A DNA stretch of 64,000 bases, from the NCBI GenBank assembly GCA_019828565.1, contig JAHDYR010000009.1, positions 1-64,000 of the forward strand, read 5' to 3'. The DNA is from Carpediemonas membranifera BICM. Taxonomy: Eukaryota; Protista; Fornicata. The notes under the pieces were generated by a model. The model was not told the DNA's origin, searched no databases, and was given only the letters and a program-made list of their open reading frames with translations. Below are positions 1-10,629 of this stretch, one piece after another; the stretch's first letter is position 1; the number at the start of each line of letters is the position of its first letter. Made by a program: the position numbers and the translations under genes.

Positions 1-2027
1 AGTCAGATCCGGTCGATCGATCCGATCCTTCTTGAAAGAACACCTCGGGACGTTCTGCACAAGCTTCACGCGGCGGGTCTCCGCCTTAACGCTGCCAAGA
101 CAGTCCTCGGTGTCGAAGAAATCGACTACTTAGGATGGAGACTCAATGCACGAGGCCGCAGGATCGCTCCTGATCGCCTCCAGGCGATTCGCGACATCAA
201 GCCCCCACCAACCTGACTGAAGCCCGCTCGGTGCTAGGCCTGGCAAACTACTTCCGCCCCATCATCGAGAGGTATGCCGACATCACAGAGCCAATCACTG
301 TGCTCACCAGAGCCACTGCAGGCCCCTTCGCCTGGGGTTCCAGTCAACAAAGAGCCCTTGAGGCAGTCAAGACAGAGTTACTAACGGAAAGGGTGCTACG
401 ACACCCACAACCTGATGAGACACTCCATCTGTACACCGACGCCTCGGACGTCGCCGTTGGCGGCATGCTCGCGAACGAGGAAGGGCACCCCATCGCCTTC
501 TTCTCCCACACTTTGAACCCAACCCAGCGCCGCTGGTCCACCACTGAACAGGAATGTTACGGTCTTTACTTTGGAATGACGAAGATGAAGCGATATCTCG
601 CCGGACGCCACTTCGTAACACATACTGACCACCGCAACCTGTTATTTGCCCACAAATCCACCAACGCCAAAGTCATTCGCTGGCGACTAGCGATGAATGA
701 GTTCGACTTCGACCTCGTCCATATCCCTGGTCAAGAGAACACCGTTGCTGACACGCTATCTCGCCTAGTCCATGTGAGCACTGCAGAAGCATCGCTCAAC
801 AAGCGCGAGACGTTCAAGGCACACCATGGCGGTTCAGCAGGACACCTCGGTGTTCGCGCCACCTGCCGTCGCATCGCGAATGCGGGACAATCTTGGCCGG
901 GTCTCCACAAAGACGTCCAACAATGGGTAAGTGAGTGCCCAGTCTGTCAGCTCACCCGTCTGAACGTTCAACCCGTCGGCCAGCACCCGCATGCATTGGC
1001 TGGGGCATACCCCTTCCAAGTGGTACAAATGGACCATATTGGTCCGCTAGATGGTCACCCCTCACTCCGGCACGCACTAGTCGTAGTTGACACATTCTCT
1101 AAGCTCACCCAAGTGTACCCGACACAGTCGACCTCGACAGCAGAGGTCATCAACTCTTTAGAACACTGGATCAAACACTATGGAATACCCGAAGCTATCG
1201 TCTCTGACAACGCATCCGGATTCTCTTCCCAGGCATTCAAGTCATTCGTGGCCGAGAATGGCATTAGGCATGAACTCGGTACAGCTTATCACCCGGCAGG
1301 CCGTGGTGTAGTTTAAAGACGCAACGCCGAGATCAAGCGCCATTTGAAGGCTTTTACCCTTGAATCAGGCAGGAGCTGGCCTGAGGAAGTCCCCAACACA
1401 GTGATTCTGCTCAACGACATCCCCTATGAGTACAGCGGCCTTTCAGCCAACGCTGCTCTCTTCGGCAAGCAGCTCCACACGACCAACAACGCGACCGATG
1501 ACTCCCCTATTTCCCTCGAGCACTTCCGCTCATCCCTCCTCGCCCTTCAGGCCCACCAAGGATCAGCAGTGTCACGTGAGCCCCCTTCGGAGACGCACGC
1601 ACCAATCGTTGGCGCAGCGGTTCTACTCCGGCGAGACACGCCCGTTGGCCCTATCATCCGAGGCCCTATGCGAGTCCTCTCACCTGGCGACCACCCGAAC
1701 GTCTACAACCTCAAGGACCTGACTACTCTTGCAACCGTCACAGCACACGCAGACTCTCTTTATACGTTTAAGGGGTCATATACAGATGCTGAGCTGCAAC
1801 GATGGGCCGCCCGCCTGCACAACGAGTATGTCGTCCGAGGAGTTGACGCCCACCGCTGGAGGCAGAGGAACCTCCAATTCCACGTGCTCTGGCACGGCTA
1901 CGACGATAGTGAGGCAACTTGGGAGCCTTATACCCGAGACCTCGACAAGCTCGCTGCCCTTGACGACTATCTTGCTGAGCATCCCCAATTGCTCAAGAAG
2001 ATGAAGAGCGCCCGTAAAGCTCTCTAG
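1..2027 (+). pseudogene. pol: Element Z pol (RT-RNase H-integrase-chromodomain), disrupted
   Basis: ORFs 231-1316 and 1344-2027 are in the same frame, separated by TAA 1314-1316 at the catalytic Glu (GVV*RRN versus VERRN). Frameshift near 225. Chromodomain EYVVRGVDAHR...FHVLWHGYDDSEATWEP. Confidence 0.88.
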
Positions 2028-2332
2028 TTGTCGTCATCTACTTAATAATACTCCACATTTCTCATTGCGGAGGCAGAAACCGCAGATTTGCAAGTGCGGC
2101 TCTTGTATTGTGTGCTTTGCGTTGAGAATGATGCGGAACACGACGCCGTTCAAGAATATTGATGTTGATTAGTTACTTAGCGGTTCGTTGTATGATTTTG
2201 CGTGTATCCGGACAGATTTTCCACCATGCGAGTTCACCACCATCCTTCTGAATCAATTGATGAGGGGCCGAATGGCGACCCCAATTGAACCCCCTACGAA
2301 CATAGACGGCCTATGCCCACTCATGGAGGCAG

Positions 2333-2449
2333 TGTCACGTTGTGTTAGCTGTCCCAATCAGTTCTTTTATGATTGGTCAATGATCGTCAAAGTCAATTTA
2401 AAGTTAGTTCATCGTTTCCCTTCGGTGTTCCTGTCCCCTGCCCGTCACA
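2333..2449 (+). repeat. Putative 3' LTR of element Z (~117 bp)
   Basis: TG...CA ends, preceded by a purine tract, right edge exactly where element A's RNase H frame breaks. The partner LTR is not in the window. Confidence 0.6.
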
Positions 2450-3620
2450 CCAGAATTGAGCGAGTACCGTCCTCCTCATCTTGTATTAGCACGCCTCCTT
2501 CGCCAAGTGATGAAGCGTCGGTGTAAATGTGCCAGGGTCTATCGAGGTCTGGGTATGTTAGGCTGATGTGAAGCGCCAACTGGGACTTGATGTCGTCAAA
2601 AGCAGTCAGTTGTTCCTCGCCGAAGACGAACTCGCCGGCTCTGAGTGACCGGTTGAGTGTGGCGAGTGACTTGGTGGCGTCAGGCAGGAACTGTGCGATG
2701 TAGTTGATCTTTCCGAGGATTGACTTCAACTCAGACTGGTCCCGGGGGGGCCTGAGGCTGACGATGGCCTGGATGCGGTCGGGGTCGACATGTATGCCAT
2801 TTCGGTCGACGATAAAGCCGACCGATCTGACCTCGGAGGCGCCGATGACGCATTTTGCGGGCGAGAGCTTGAGGTTATGCTCCCGCAAGGCCATGAATAT
2901 GGTGCGCAGGTCGTCGATGAACGTGTCATCTGAGTGGTCGGCCTCGAGGATGTCGTCGAGGTACGCCTTGCAGCGGCCGGTGGCAATGGCGGGTGCTATG
3001 ACGGCCTGGATGGTACGCTGGAAGTACGAGGGCGCCGAGGCAAGGCCGAACGGGACGCGGGTGTACTGTAGGTAGTCGTCTGGCGTGACAAAGGCGGAGA
3101 GGGCTTGTGAATCTTCGTGGAGGGGAAGCTGGTGATATCCCTTGACGAGGTCAAGAGCAGCGAACCACTTCGCGCCGCGCATGGACATCAGAAACTCTCT
3201 GATGTTAGGTAGCGGGAAGTGATCCTCCACGAGGTGCTTGTTCAGCTCCGAGTAGTCGACGCACATGCGTGTCTTGTCTTTCTGCTTGACGAGGACGATA
3301 GGTGAGGCGAAAGGGCCTTTGGAGGGAGTGACGATGCCATTCTGGGCGAGCTCCGCTACGATCTCGTTCGTCTTCTTCCTGTTATCAGGCGAGAGGCGGC
3401 GCGGCTTAATCTGCACGAGGGTATCGTCCTTGACGTGCAAGACCATGGGGGGAACGTTGGCCGGTTCAGGACCGAGCGGCTCGAAGATGTCTGAGAACTC
3501 TCGCAGAAGTGGCACGACGCGAGAGCGGAGCTCGTCCGAGGGTATTTGGACTGACTGCCAGCCCGAGCGGTAGTCTGCAAGGGCTGACTGTAGCCTTGAT
3601 CCGGACACCGAGAACACTGG

Positions 3621-3681
3621 TGTCATAAGGCATCCACGTCCGCAGTTTATGTAAATGTTCCAATCTCTTCGCCCCAGCACA
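3621..3681 (+). repeat. 5' LTR of element B (61 bp)
   Basis: TGTCATAAGG...CCCAGCACA, identical to 8146-8206. Confidence 0.95.
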
Positions 3682-3697
3682 GTGATCACTTTCCGAA

Positions 3698-6600
3698 ATG
3701 AATAATTGGATTCCGCCATCACTATCGGACTTCTCTAGAGAGTCCGTTCGCGCGTTCAAACGCGCCCTCACGTTCGCGCAGAAGCATGCTCCTACCACAA
3801 CCGTCATAACGGCTTACGAGTGCCTCACCGAGGATCAAGTCAGTCATGTCCGATTTGTCCGCAACGTCGACGTCGAAGCACTCAACGACGCAGAACTTCT
3901 CGCCGAAACCACCGCTCTTTCTTTCCCGAGAACCCTTGAGAAAACCATCCAAGAAATCCGGGCCCTCACGCAGGACCGAACCAAGTCCACGATCGAGGCC
4001 GTATCTCGTCTCATGGCTGAGACCGAGGAGCTGCGCTCCCACGCCCATGCCCTTCTCAACGCCGAGCTCGGCGCCAAGCCAGAGCCCGAGCCCGCCGAGG
4101 TGGATGAAGACGAGGCCGCCCTCAGCAAGGTCATCACCCAGAAGCCAGACAGCACGCCGAGTGAGCAGGACACCCCGAGAAAAGCCAGCCCCACCCGCGG
4201 ACTCGATAAGATCATCGCCAAAGCTTTTTATCGCCGCCCTTCGCCCGGTCTCACTTGCCAACCGTATTCAGCAAAAGTGGGACCTCTCTGGCGCCCGGGA
4301 CATCGATAGCTTATTTGTGCACACGCGCGAGCTCATACTGCACGCCATTGACGCCCGCGAAGTCCTCGGAAGCGTGATTCAAGACATATCCATCACATCC
4401 TCCAGCACGAGCTCCATCACGAGCTCCAGCACTGGCCCGAAACATAGCCAGAACGCCAACACCAGATCCCGCCGCGAGCGCCGGCGCCCTCCTCCATACG
4501 CGTGCTCGTGTGGAGGCATGCACTGGAAGGCTGATTGCCCGCACCGCGGCAGCACGCCCGGACAGCCCCAGGCTACCAAAGGCCACCCCGCCGCGGCCCG
4601 CGACGCCAGACCGGCACCTCAGCCGCAACGCCAGCCCCAAGCGGCCAACAAACCGGCTCAGCCACAGCCGGCACCAGCTGCTCAGAAGCAGCAGCAACAG
4701 TCATCCCAGCAGCCACAGCCTCGCCCCGACGAGAGACGCGCTGGGAACATGGTGCTCCGGGACAGATCCAAGCTGATCAACTCTCGTCCAGGAGTCCACG
4801 AAGTCGAAGTCGCACACAATGCTTGTGATGATGCCTTTATCGAAGAAGTTGCCGCTTCAACTGCATTCTCAGTTAAGGGAGCTGTGAATGACCAAGAACA
4901 GGTGATATTGATCGATAGCGGCTCCGCAATCACGATCATCTCCACAACCTCCGTTAAGACGCTCCAACTCGTCACACATGAGCTTGAAAAGCCATTTACT
5001 GTTCAGTCCGTTACCAATGAGCCCATCCTCATCACTCACTACGTCCAAGCGCGGATCGGACGTTGCCCAGCACATCTGGAAACGTCATCGTCGATCTCAT
5101 CCTCTACATCATGACGCGCGCCACTGAACGTGTGCTCATTGGATGCGACGTGCTTCGCGCGCTCGGTTATCTCTCCGAGAGTGGCCTCCACATCCCACTT
5201 CTTCCGGATTCACGCCCGGAGGACGCCACCGATGTCCTCCCACTCCACAAGTACCTCGACGCCCCCGTCGAGGCCGTCTCCTCAAGCGAGTTTCACACCG
5301 ACGCGTGTGAGATACACGAGCTCTCCACCAAGGCCCAGACCGACGAGCTACATTCGATCCTCCGTCGGTTCGATCACCTATTCGACCCCGTCATAAGCAA
5401 ACAGCCGTGCTCGTCTGCCCCTATGCGCATCCCGCTTTACGACAACGCCCCTCCGATCCGTCTTCGCCCGCGCAACCTACACCCGAAGAAGCTGGAGTGG
5501 CTGTTGCCATACGTCGAGCGCCTGCGCCAGGACGAGATCACACAGCCCTCTGAGGGGCCTTACGCAAGCCCCATTGTCCTGGTCGCAAAGGGCGACGCCT
5601 ACCGTCTCTGTATCGACTACGGCCGCCTCAACTCTTGGACAGTACCCGACCGGCACCCGATCCCCAACATGCGAGAACTCCTCAACCTCGCGTCGGGCTG
5701 CACACGCTTTGCGACGCTAGACCTGACGTCGGGCTACTGGCAGGTGGCCATGCACCCAGACGACGTGCCTAAGACGGCCTTCACCGCCCCGGGCGTCTAC
5801 GAGGAATTCCTCAGGATGCCGTTCGGCCTTTGCAACGCGCCTTCTCACTTCCAGCGGGAGATCGAAGGCATGCTCGCCCCACTGTTGTACAAGGGCGCCA
5901 ACCCCTACATCGACGACATATTCATCTACGCCCGTGACGATGACTCCTTCCTACGCATTCTCCGCGACCTGCTCACACGCGCGGACGCTGCAGGCGTTCA
6001 GTTCAGCGCCAAGAAGGGAGTCTTCGGCACCACCAGCGCCAATATTGTCGGCTTTACGGTCGACCAGGCCGGAGTACACGTCGACCCAGCCAGGACCCAA
6101 GCCCTACGCGATCTACCTGCACCCACCAACGTCCACGAGCTTCGCGTAGTCCTCGGACAGTTCCAGTACCTCGCATCATTCGTTCCCCATACACGACACG
6201 AGTACATGAGACCTCTCTACGATCTTCTGCAAAAGGACCGTCTGTGGGAATGGACAGCGGAGCACGACGCCGCTTTCGACGGCCTGAAGACCCTGTTCAC
6301 TGACGATCTCTTTATCGCACATCCGGACGCCGACGCCGACTGGACGCTCGAGACAGACGCTAGCAACATCGGAGCAGGCGGCGTACTATGGCAGACAAAG
6401 GACGACAAGACACAGGTCCTCGCCTACTTCTCTCACACATTCACGTCAACCCAGTCGCGCTGGGCCACGTGTGAGCAGGAGCTATTTGCCATTGTCTTTT
6501 TGCCTTACACACCCGACCCTGTCACCCCTCCTACGCCTGAAGAGGTTCCTCCTACGGACCGACCACCGTAATATTATTTACATGATCGCCAAGTCATCCG

Positions 6601-8153
6601 AGAACGACAAGATCAACCGGTGGAGACTGACATTAGCAGACTACAAGTTCGATGTCGAGCACGTTCCCGGCCTACAGAACGCAGTCGCAGACGCGCTGAG
6701 CCGCTGCGGTCACTCGACCTCGCCCACTGTCGCAGCCATCACGACTGACTCCCGCTACCATGACACACTCATCAAACACCAGACAGACGACTCTACCGTC
6801 TCCAAGCTGACCGTAGACAGCGACGGTCTTCGCCGCAAGGACGGCCTCGTCGTCATCCCTACTTCAACCGTGTGCAGACCCCTCCGAAAGGAGCTGATAC
6901 AGATCGCCCACAGAGGACACCACGGCGCCAAGGCTACCATCGAACGCCTGAGAGCAGACGGCTATACCTGGACAGGCTGCACAGCAGATGTCGAGGAGTT
7001 CGTCGCCTCATGTGACGAGTGCCAGAAAGCTCGCCTACGCAACTTCGCCGAGGCAGAGCTCCGCACAACAGCAGTGTACAAACCGTTCCACACTGTCGCA
7101 GTGGATACTATTGGTCCAATCCCGGCAGACGCAGTCGGCTCCAGATACATCACAGTTATGGTCGATATGTTTTACTCGCTACACTGAGTTGGCCGCGACG
7201 GACGAGAACACAGCTGATGCAGCGTCAGAGGCCCTCTGGCGCCAGGTGATTACCCGTCATGGGACTCCCCTGTTCATCAAGTCCGACAACGGGCCTGGAG
7301 TTCACCGGCAACGTCGTCAAGGCCCTGCTCGAAAGCGCGGACATCACCCAGCAATTCACCCTCCCCTACCACCCTCAGTCGAATGGGCTGGTAGAGCGTC
7401 GTAACGCGGAGGTCATGAAGCATCTTCGCTGTTTGATCCTCCATTCGACAAGTTCTCCCGTTGGAGCGACCTCCTTCCGGTAGTTCAGCTGCTGCTGAAC
7501 ACAACCACCTGCAGCGCCACTGGGGTCACACCCCACGCCATGCTGTATGGAGACCAACTCGACCCCAGCTCCACAGTCGCTAGAATCCTCCGACCGAGCG
7601 AAAATGACTCGCCCCTTGCCTCAGCCTCAGCCTACATCACTTTACTTCGAGCCCACCTCTCCAAGTTGACCTCTAGGGCGGCCGAGAAGCAGCGCGAGAC
7701 TGTAGACAAGCGCCTCGCCAAGGCCAACGCCGACCTCCAGCCGACTAGCTTCAAAGAAGGCGACCTCGTCCTGCTCAACCGGACGAAGACCCCAAAGCTG
7801 CATGGCTTCGCCGGCCCGTTCAAGATTCTCGCCATCAAGGACAACAACACCTTCAGCTGGTCGACCTTTTCGAGAGCGCCCCCTTCATGGCTCACGTAGA
7901 CCAGGTCCTTCCTTTCAACGCCAAGTCGGGGCTCAGCCGCCTGAAGAACCTCGCCGCCTCCGACGAGCAGACGTACGTCGTGCAAGGCATCGAGAAGCAC
8001 CGTCGCCGCAACGGCACACTGCAGCTCCTCGTCTGCTGGGAGGGCGACTACGATCCCACATGGGAACCCGCTGACGGGCTCCGCCACGTCACTGCGGCAC
8101 GTGACTACCTCAAGTCCCACAAGCTCAAGCTTAAGGGGGGTAGGATGTCATAA
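3698..8153 (+). pseudogene. gag-pol: Element B gag-pol, about seven frameshifts in this assembly
   Basis: ORF pieces give gag with CSCGGMHWKADC, PR (LIDSGS), RT (YIDD), RNase H (LETDAS), IN (VAVDTIGP, SDNG, VERRN) and chromodomain (TYVVQGIEKHR..LLVCWEG..TWEP). The stop TAA 8151-8153 lies inside the 3' LTR. Confidence 0.9.
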
Positions 8154-8206
8154 GGCATCCACGTCCGCAGTTTATGTAAATGTTCCAATCTCTTCGCCCC
8201 AGCACA
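8146..8206 (+). repeat. 3' LTR of element B (61 bp)
   Basis: Identical to 3621-3681, preceded by the PPT and followed by TSD CTGG. Confidence 0.95.
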
Positions 8207-8587
8207 CTGGGAGGACGACGTCGTCAGCCGCTGGCGTAGAGTGTGTGAGCCCAAGCGATAGGCCGTCTGAAGTGAGAACGCCGAGGTCTCTGAGAGTGTC
8301 GCACCCGATTAGAGGACACTGGCGGCCAGGGAGGATGATGAAACGGACGGAGACAGCGACAGGGAATCCGGCGAGGCCCGTGAAGAGGATGGGCGCATCT
8401 ACGGCCTGATTGACGGTGATTGAGCTGCCGTCGGCGAGAATGACCGACACGGGGTCGATGCTGGTGCGGGGGAGCTGCCATATCTTTGCGTAACGATCAC
8501 TCGTGCATGAGATTGCTGCGCCCGTGTCAATGATGGCTTGGAAGTGGGACGTGCCGCATGAGGCGGGCACCTTAAGGGCGTCGGCTC

Positions 8588-8708
8588 TGTAGTCCGTTTA
8601 GGACAAGAACACTTTATGAGGAAAAGAGACGACACCAAAAGTGTCGACAGAAACCTGAAGACTATGTAAATAATGTTACTATGTAAATATTGGGTAAGAC
8701 CCACGACA
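8588..8708 (-). repeat. 3' LTR of element C (121 bp)
   Basis: Direct repeat of 14577-14697 with TG..CA ends. Confidence 0.95.
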
Positions 8709-9363
8709 CCGCCCCTCCATGGACCCCAAAGGGGCCATGGCCTCAGGCGTATGCCACTCGTACTGATGTACGATGAGGGACTTGACCAGTTCCGAGACCT
8801 CCGATGCCACTCATTGGACCGCAGAACTCTTGCACCTTGGCGGGGTACAAGGGTGAATACCTTGTTCAAGTCTGGTGCCAGAACTGGCGATGTGAATCTA
8901 AAAGATTCGGAAAATATCTGTGGATCTCAAAAAATCCGGTCGTGGTACCACTGGTTAGCGCGCTATGTAATATGGATGATCTTACGTGAGGCATTCCGCC
9001 CCTCCACGGTCGTAAAACGGCCGTTAGAATTTGAATAGCTCGAATGAGCGTCTAAAACTGCACATTGTGATGATCGTTGTGCTTCTCTCGGTTTGTACAC
9101 TACGTCGCCGTACTTCTTATATAGCGTTTGAAAAACGCCCTTAGAGGCCTCAATTCGGCTTCGTTCGCGAGTTCTCGCGTTTTTTTGTTTTGGACGAAGC
9201 GACGTTCTCTCTCGCGGCTGTAAAAGCCTTCCTTCGTCATTAATAACATCAGTCGTGCTCAAATTGAGCATAAATACCTGTGTATCCGGATCTGTTAGTG
9301 ATGGTTACGGTTTTCTTTCGAGTCGTTCATTTCCCAGTGAAAACGGGAAGCAACGAACAGTCA

Positions 9364-10596
9364 ATGTCGGACGTTAGTGCACAGATTACGCAGATGTTGG
9401 CACTACTTGACGATGAGAAGGCCCGAACGGCCTTCAAACGGTTCCTCAACCGTTATCTCGATCGCGAGCGCTTCTTCCCTACGGTCAGCGAATACCACGC
9501 TTTGTTCCGCGCCGACACTGCCCGTGGCGCGAGTGTTGCACCCGCTGCCTCTACTGAGGGTCTTGAAAGCGCTCCCGAGGCCTCTCGCTCGCCTACGCCT
9601 TCTCCCAGTAACGACGCCGGCACGGGAGGCGACGACGTGCTTGGCGAGAGCTCTCGGCCCACCCATCAGGATAGTTCGGGCGAGATTGAGGCTGTGCCGA
9701 GCGATGATGACTCCCGACCGACGGGTGGTGACAACTCGGGTTCGGACCAGGAAACGACTGCGCACTTCTCACTGGAGGAGATGATCACGGCTGTTGCTGA
9801 TGCTGGCCTGAGCTACATCACCTTGGACGTCGCTGGCACCCTGGCCGCGCTCCGTGCCGGTATGCTCTACGCATACGGGCACCTCACGGTGACCGAAACC
9901 TCTTCGGTCGTGGCCCGTGACATCTGTCGCGACGGTCTCGTGCTGTTAGCTCTATCACGTGAGTACCACACCCGGGCTGTGCTGGGTCGAACCGGTGATC
10001 CGACCGATCAAGATCTGGTGACTTTGCACCTCAGACGGCTCGACGTGAACTCGCGCACGCTCTGTCATCAGGAGCTGCGTGAGCGGATTCAGCTTCTCTC
10101 GGGACGAGGTTATACGGTCATGACACCTCACCTGCGCCGGGCCATCATGTTGGGTAATGACCCCGACCTGTATGACATGATGATCGTTGGTCACGCTCAG
10201 GGCATTCTTGACTCTGCCGACGTGCGGGAGTTCAGTCGCCAATACATCGAGGCGATCCGGACCCCCACCGGCTTCGGTCATGTGCGTCATTCCCTGATGG
10301 ACAATTTCCAGTTCGTCATCGACGGTGATAATGTTCTTCCGGTCGCGCTCGACTATAACGAGCCACGCCGCTTATACGAGTTGACGGCGATCGTTGGCTA
10401 CCGCTTGCATGAGGGCTCCCTTCGTCTGCTCGTGCACTACGCTCGGCGCGAGTACAGCTCGATTGTCAAGGCGACCGAGACTATCCGTGACAGTCAGGCT
10501 GGGGTCAAGTTCTTCGCTGCTCATCCCGAGTTGGTTCGATACTGCACCCGGTCTGAGGACGCGAAGGGTGCTCTCTGCGGTGGTGTTTTGGAATAA
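9364..10596 (+). CDS. Accessory protein of element C, antisense to pol; C-terminal chromo/chromo-shadow-like domain
   Basis: Uninterrupted 410-aa ORF between pol and the 3' LTR, convergent with pol (33-bp gap). Acidic Ser/Pro linker. C-terminus LYELTAIVGYRLHEGSLRLLVHY..SSIVKATETIRDSQAGVKFF. Confidence 0.75.
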   Translation: MSDVSAQITQMLALLDDEKARTAFKRFLNRYLDRERFFPTVSEYHALFRADTARGASVAPAASTEGLESAPEASRSPTPSPSNDAGTGGDDVLGESSRPTHQDSSGEIEAVPSDDDSRPTGGDNSGSDQETTAHFSLEEMITAVADAGLSYITLDVAGTLAALRAGMLYAYGHLTVTETSSVVARDICRDGLVLLALSREYHTRAVLGRTGDPTDQDLVTLHLRRLDVNSRTLCHQELRERIQLLSGRGYTVMTPHLRRAIMLGNDPDLYDMMIVGHAQGILDSADVREFSRQYIEAIRTPTGFGHVRHSLMDNFQFVIDGDNVLPVALDYNEPRRLYELTAIVGYRLHEGSLRLLVHYARREYSSIVKATETIRDSQAGVKFFAAHPELVRYCTRSEDAKGALCGGVLE

Positions 10597-10629
10597 GATA
10601 AATGTCTGAACTGAGGCTCTGCTGAAGAT

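Larger units (their letters stand above)
1..2449 (+). mobile_element. Ty3/Gypsy chromodomain LTR retrotransposon Z, 3' part (5' end outside window), inserted in the RNase H region of element A
   Basis: RT C-terminus, RNase H (LYTDAS, TDHRNL, ADTLSR), integrase (HHCC, D..D35E) and chromodomain. A purine tract GGAGGCAG precedes TGTCAC..GTCACA (2333-2449), after which element A coding sequence resumes on the minus strand. Confidence 0.85.
3621..8206 (+). mobile_element. Complete Ty3/Gypsy chromodomain LTR retrotransposon B (4586 bp)
   Basis: Identical 61-bp TG..CA LTRs, TSD CTGG (3617-3620 and 8207-8210), PPT AAGGGGGGTAGGA 8133-8145, domain order gag-PR-RT-RH-IN-CHD. Confidence 0.95.

Noticed and set aside
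2445-3722. ORF-track protein of 425 aa as a standalone RT gene
   Set aside because: Its first ~34 residues are read through element B's 5' end and LTR. The true upstream sequence is at 8207-8587.
4220-7880. Multiple frameshifts in element B read as programmed frameshifting
   Set aside because: They fall inside domains, several at T-runs (~4225, ~6497, ~7171, ~7868), while the LTRs are identical. Long-read indel errors or decay are more likely.
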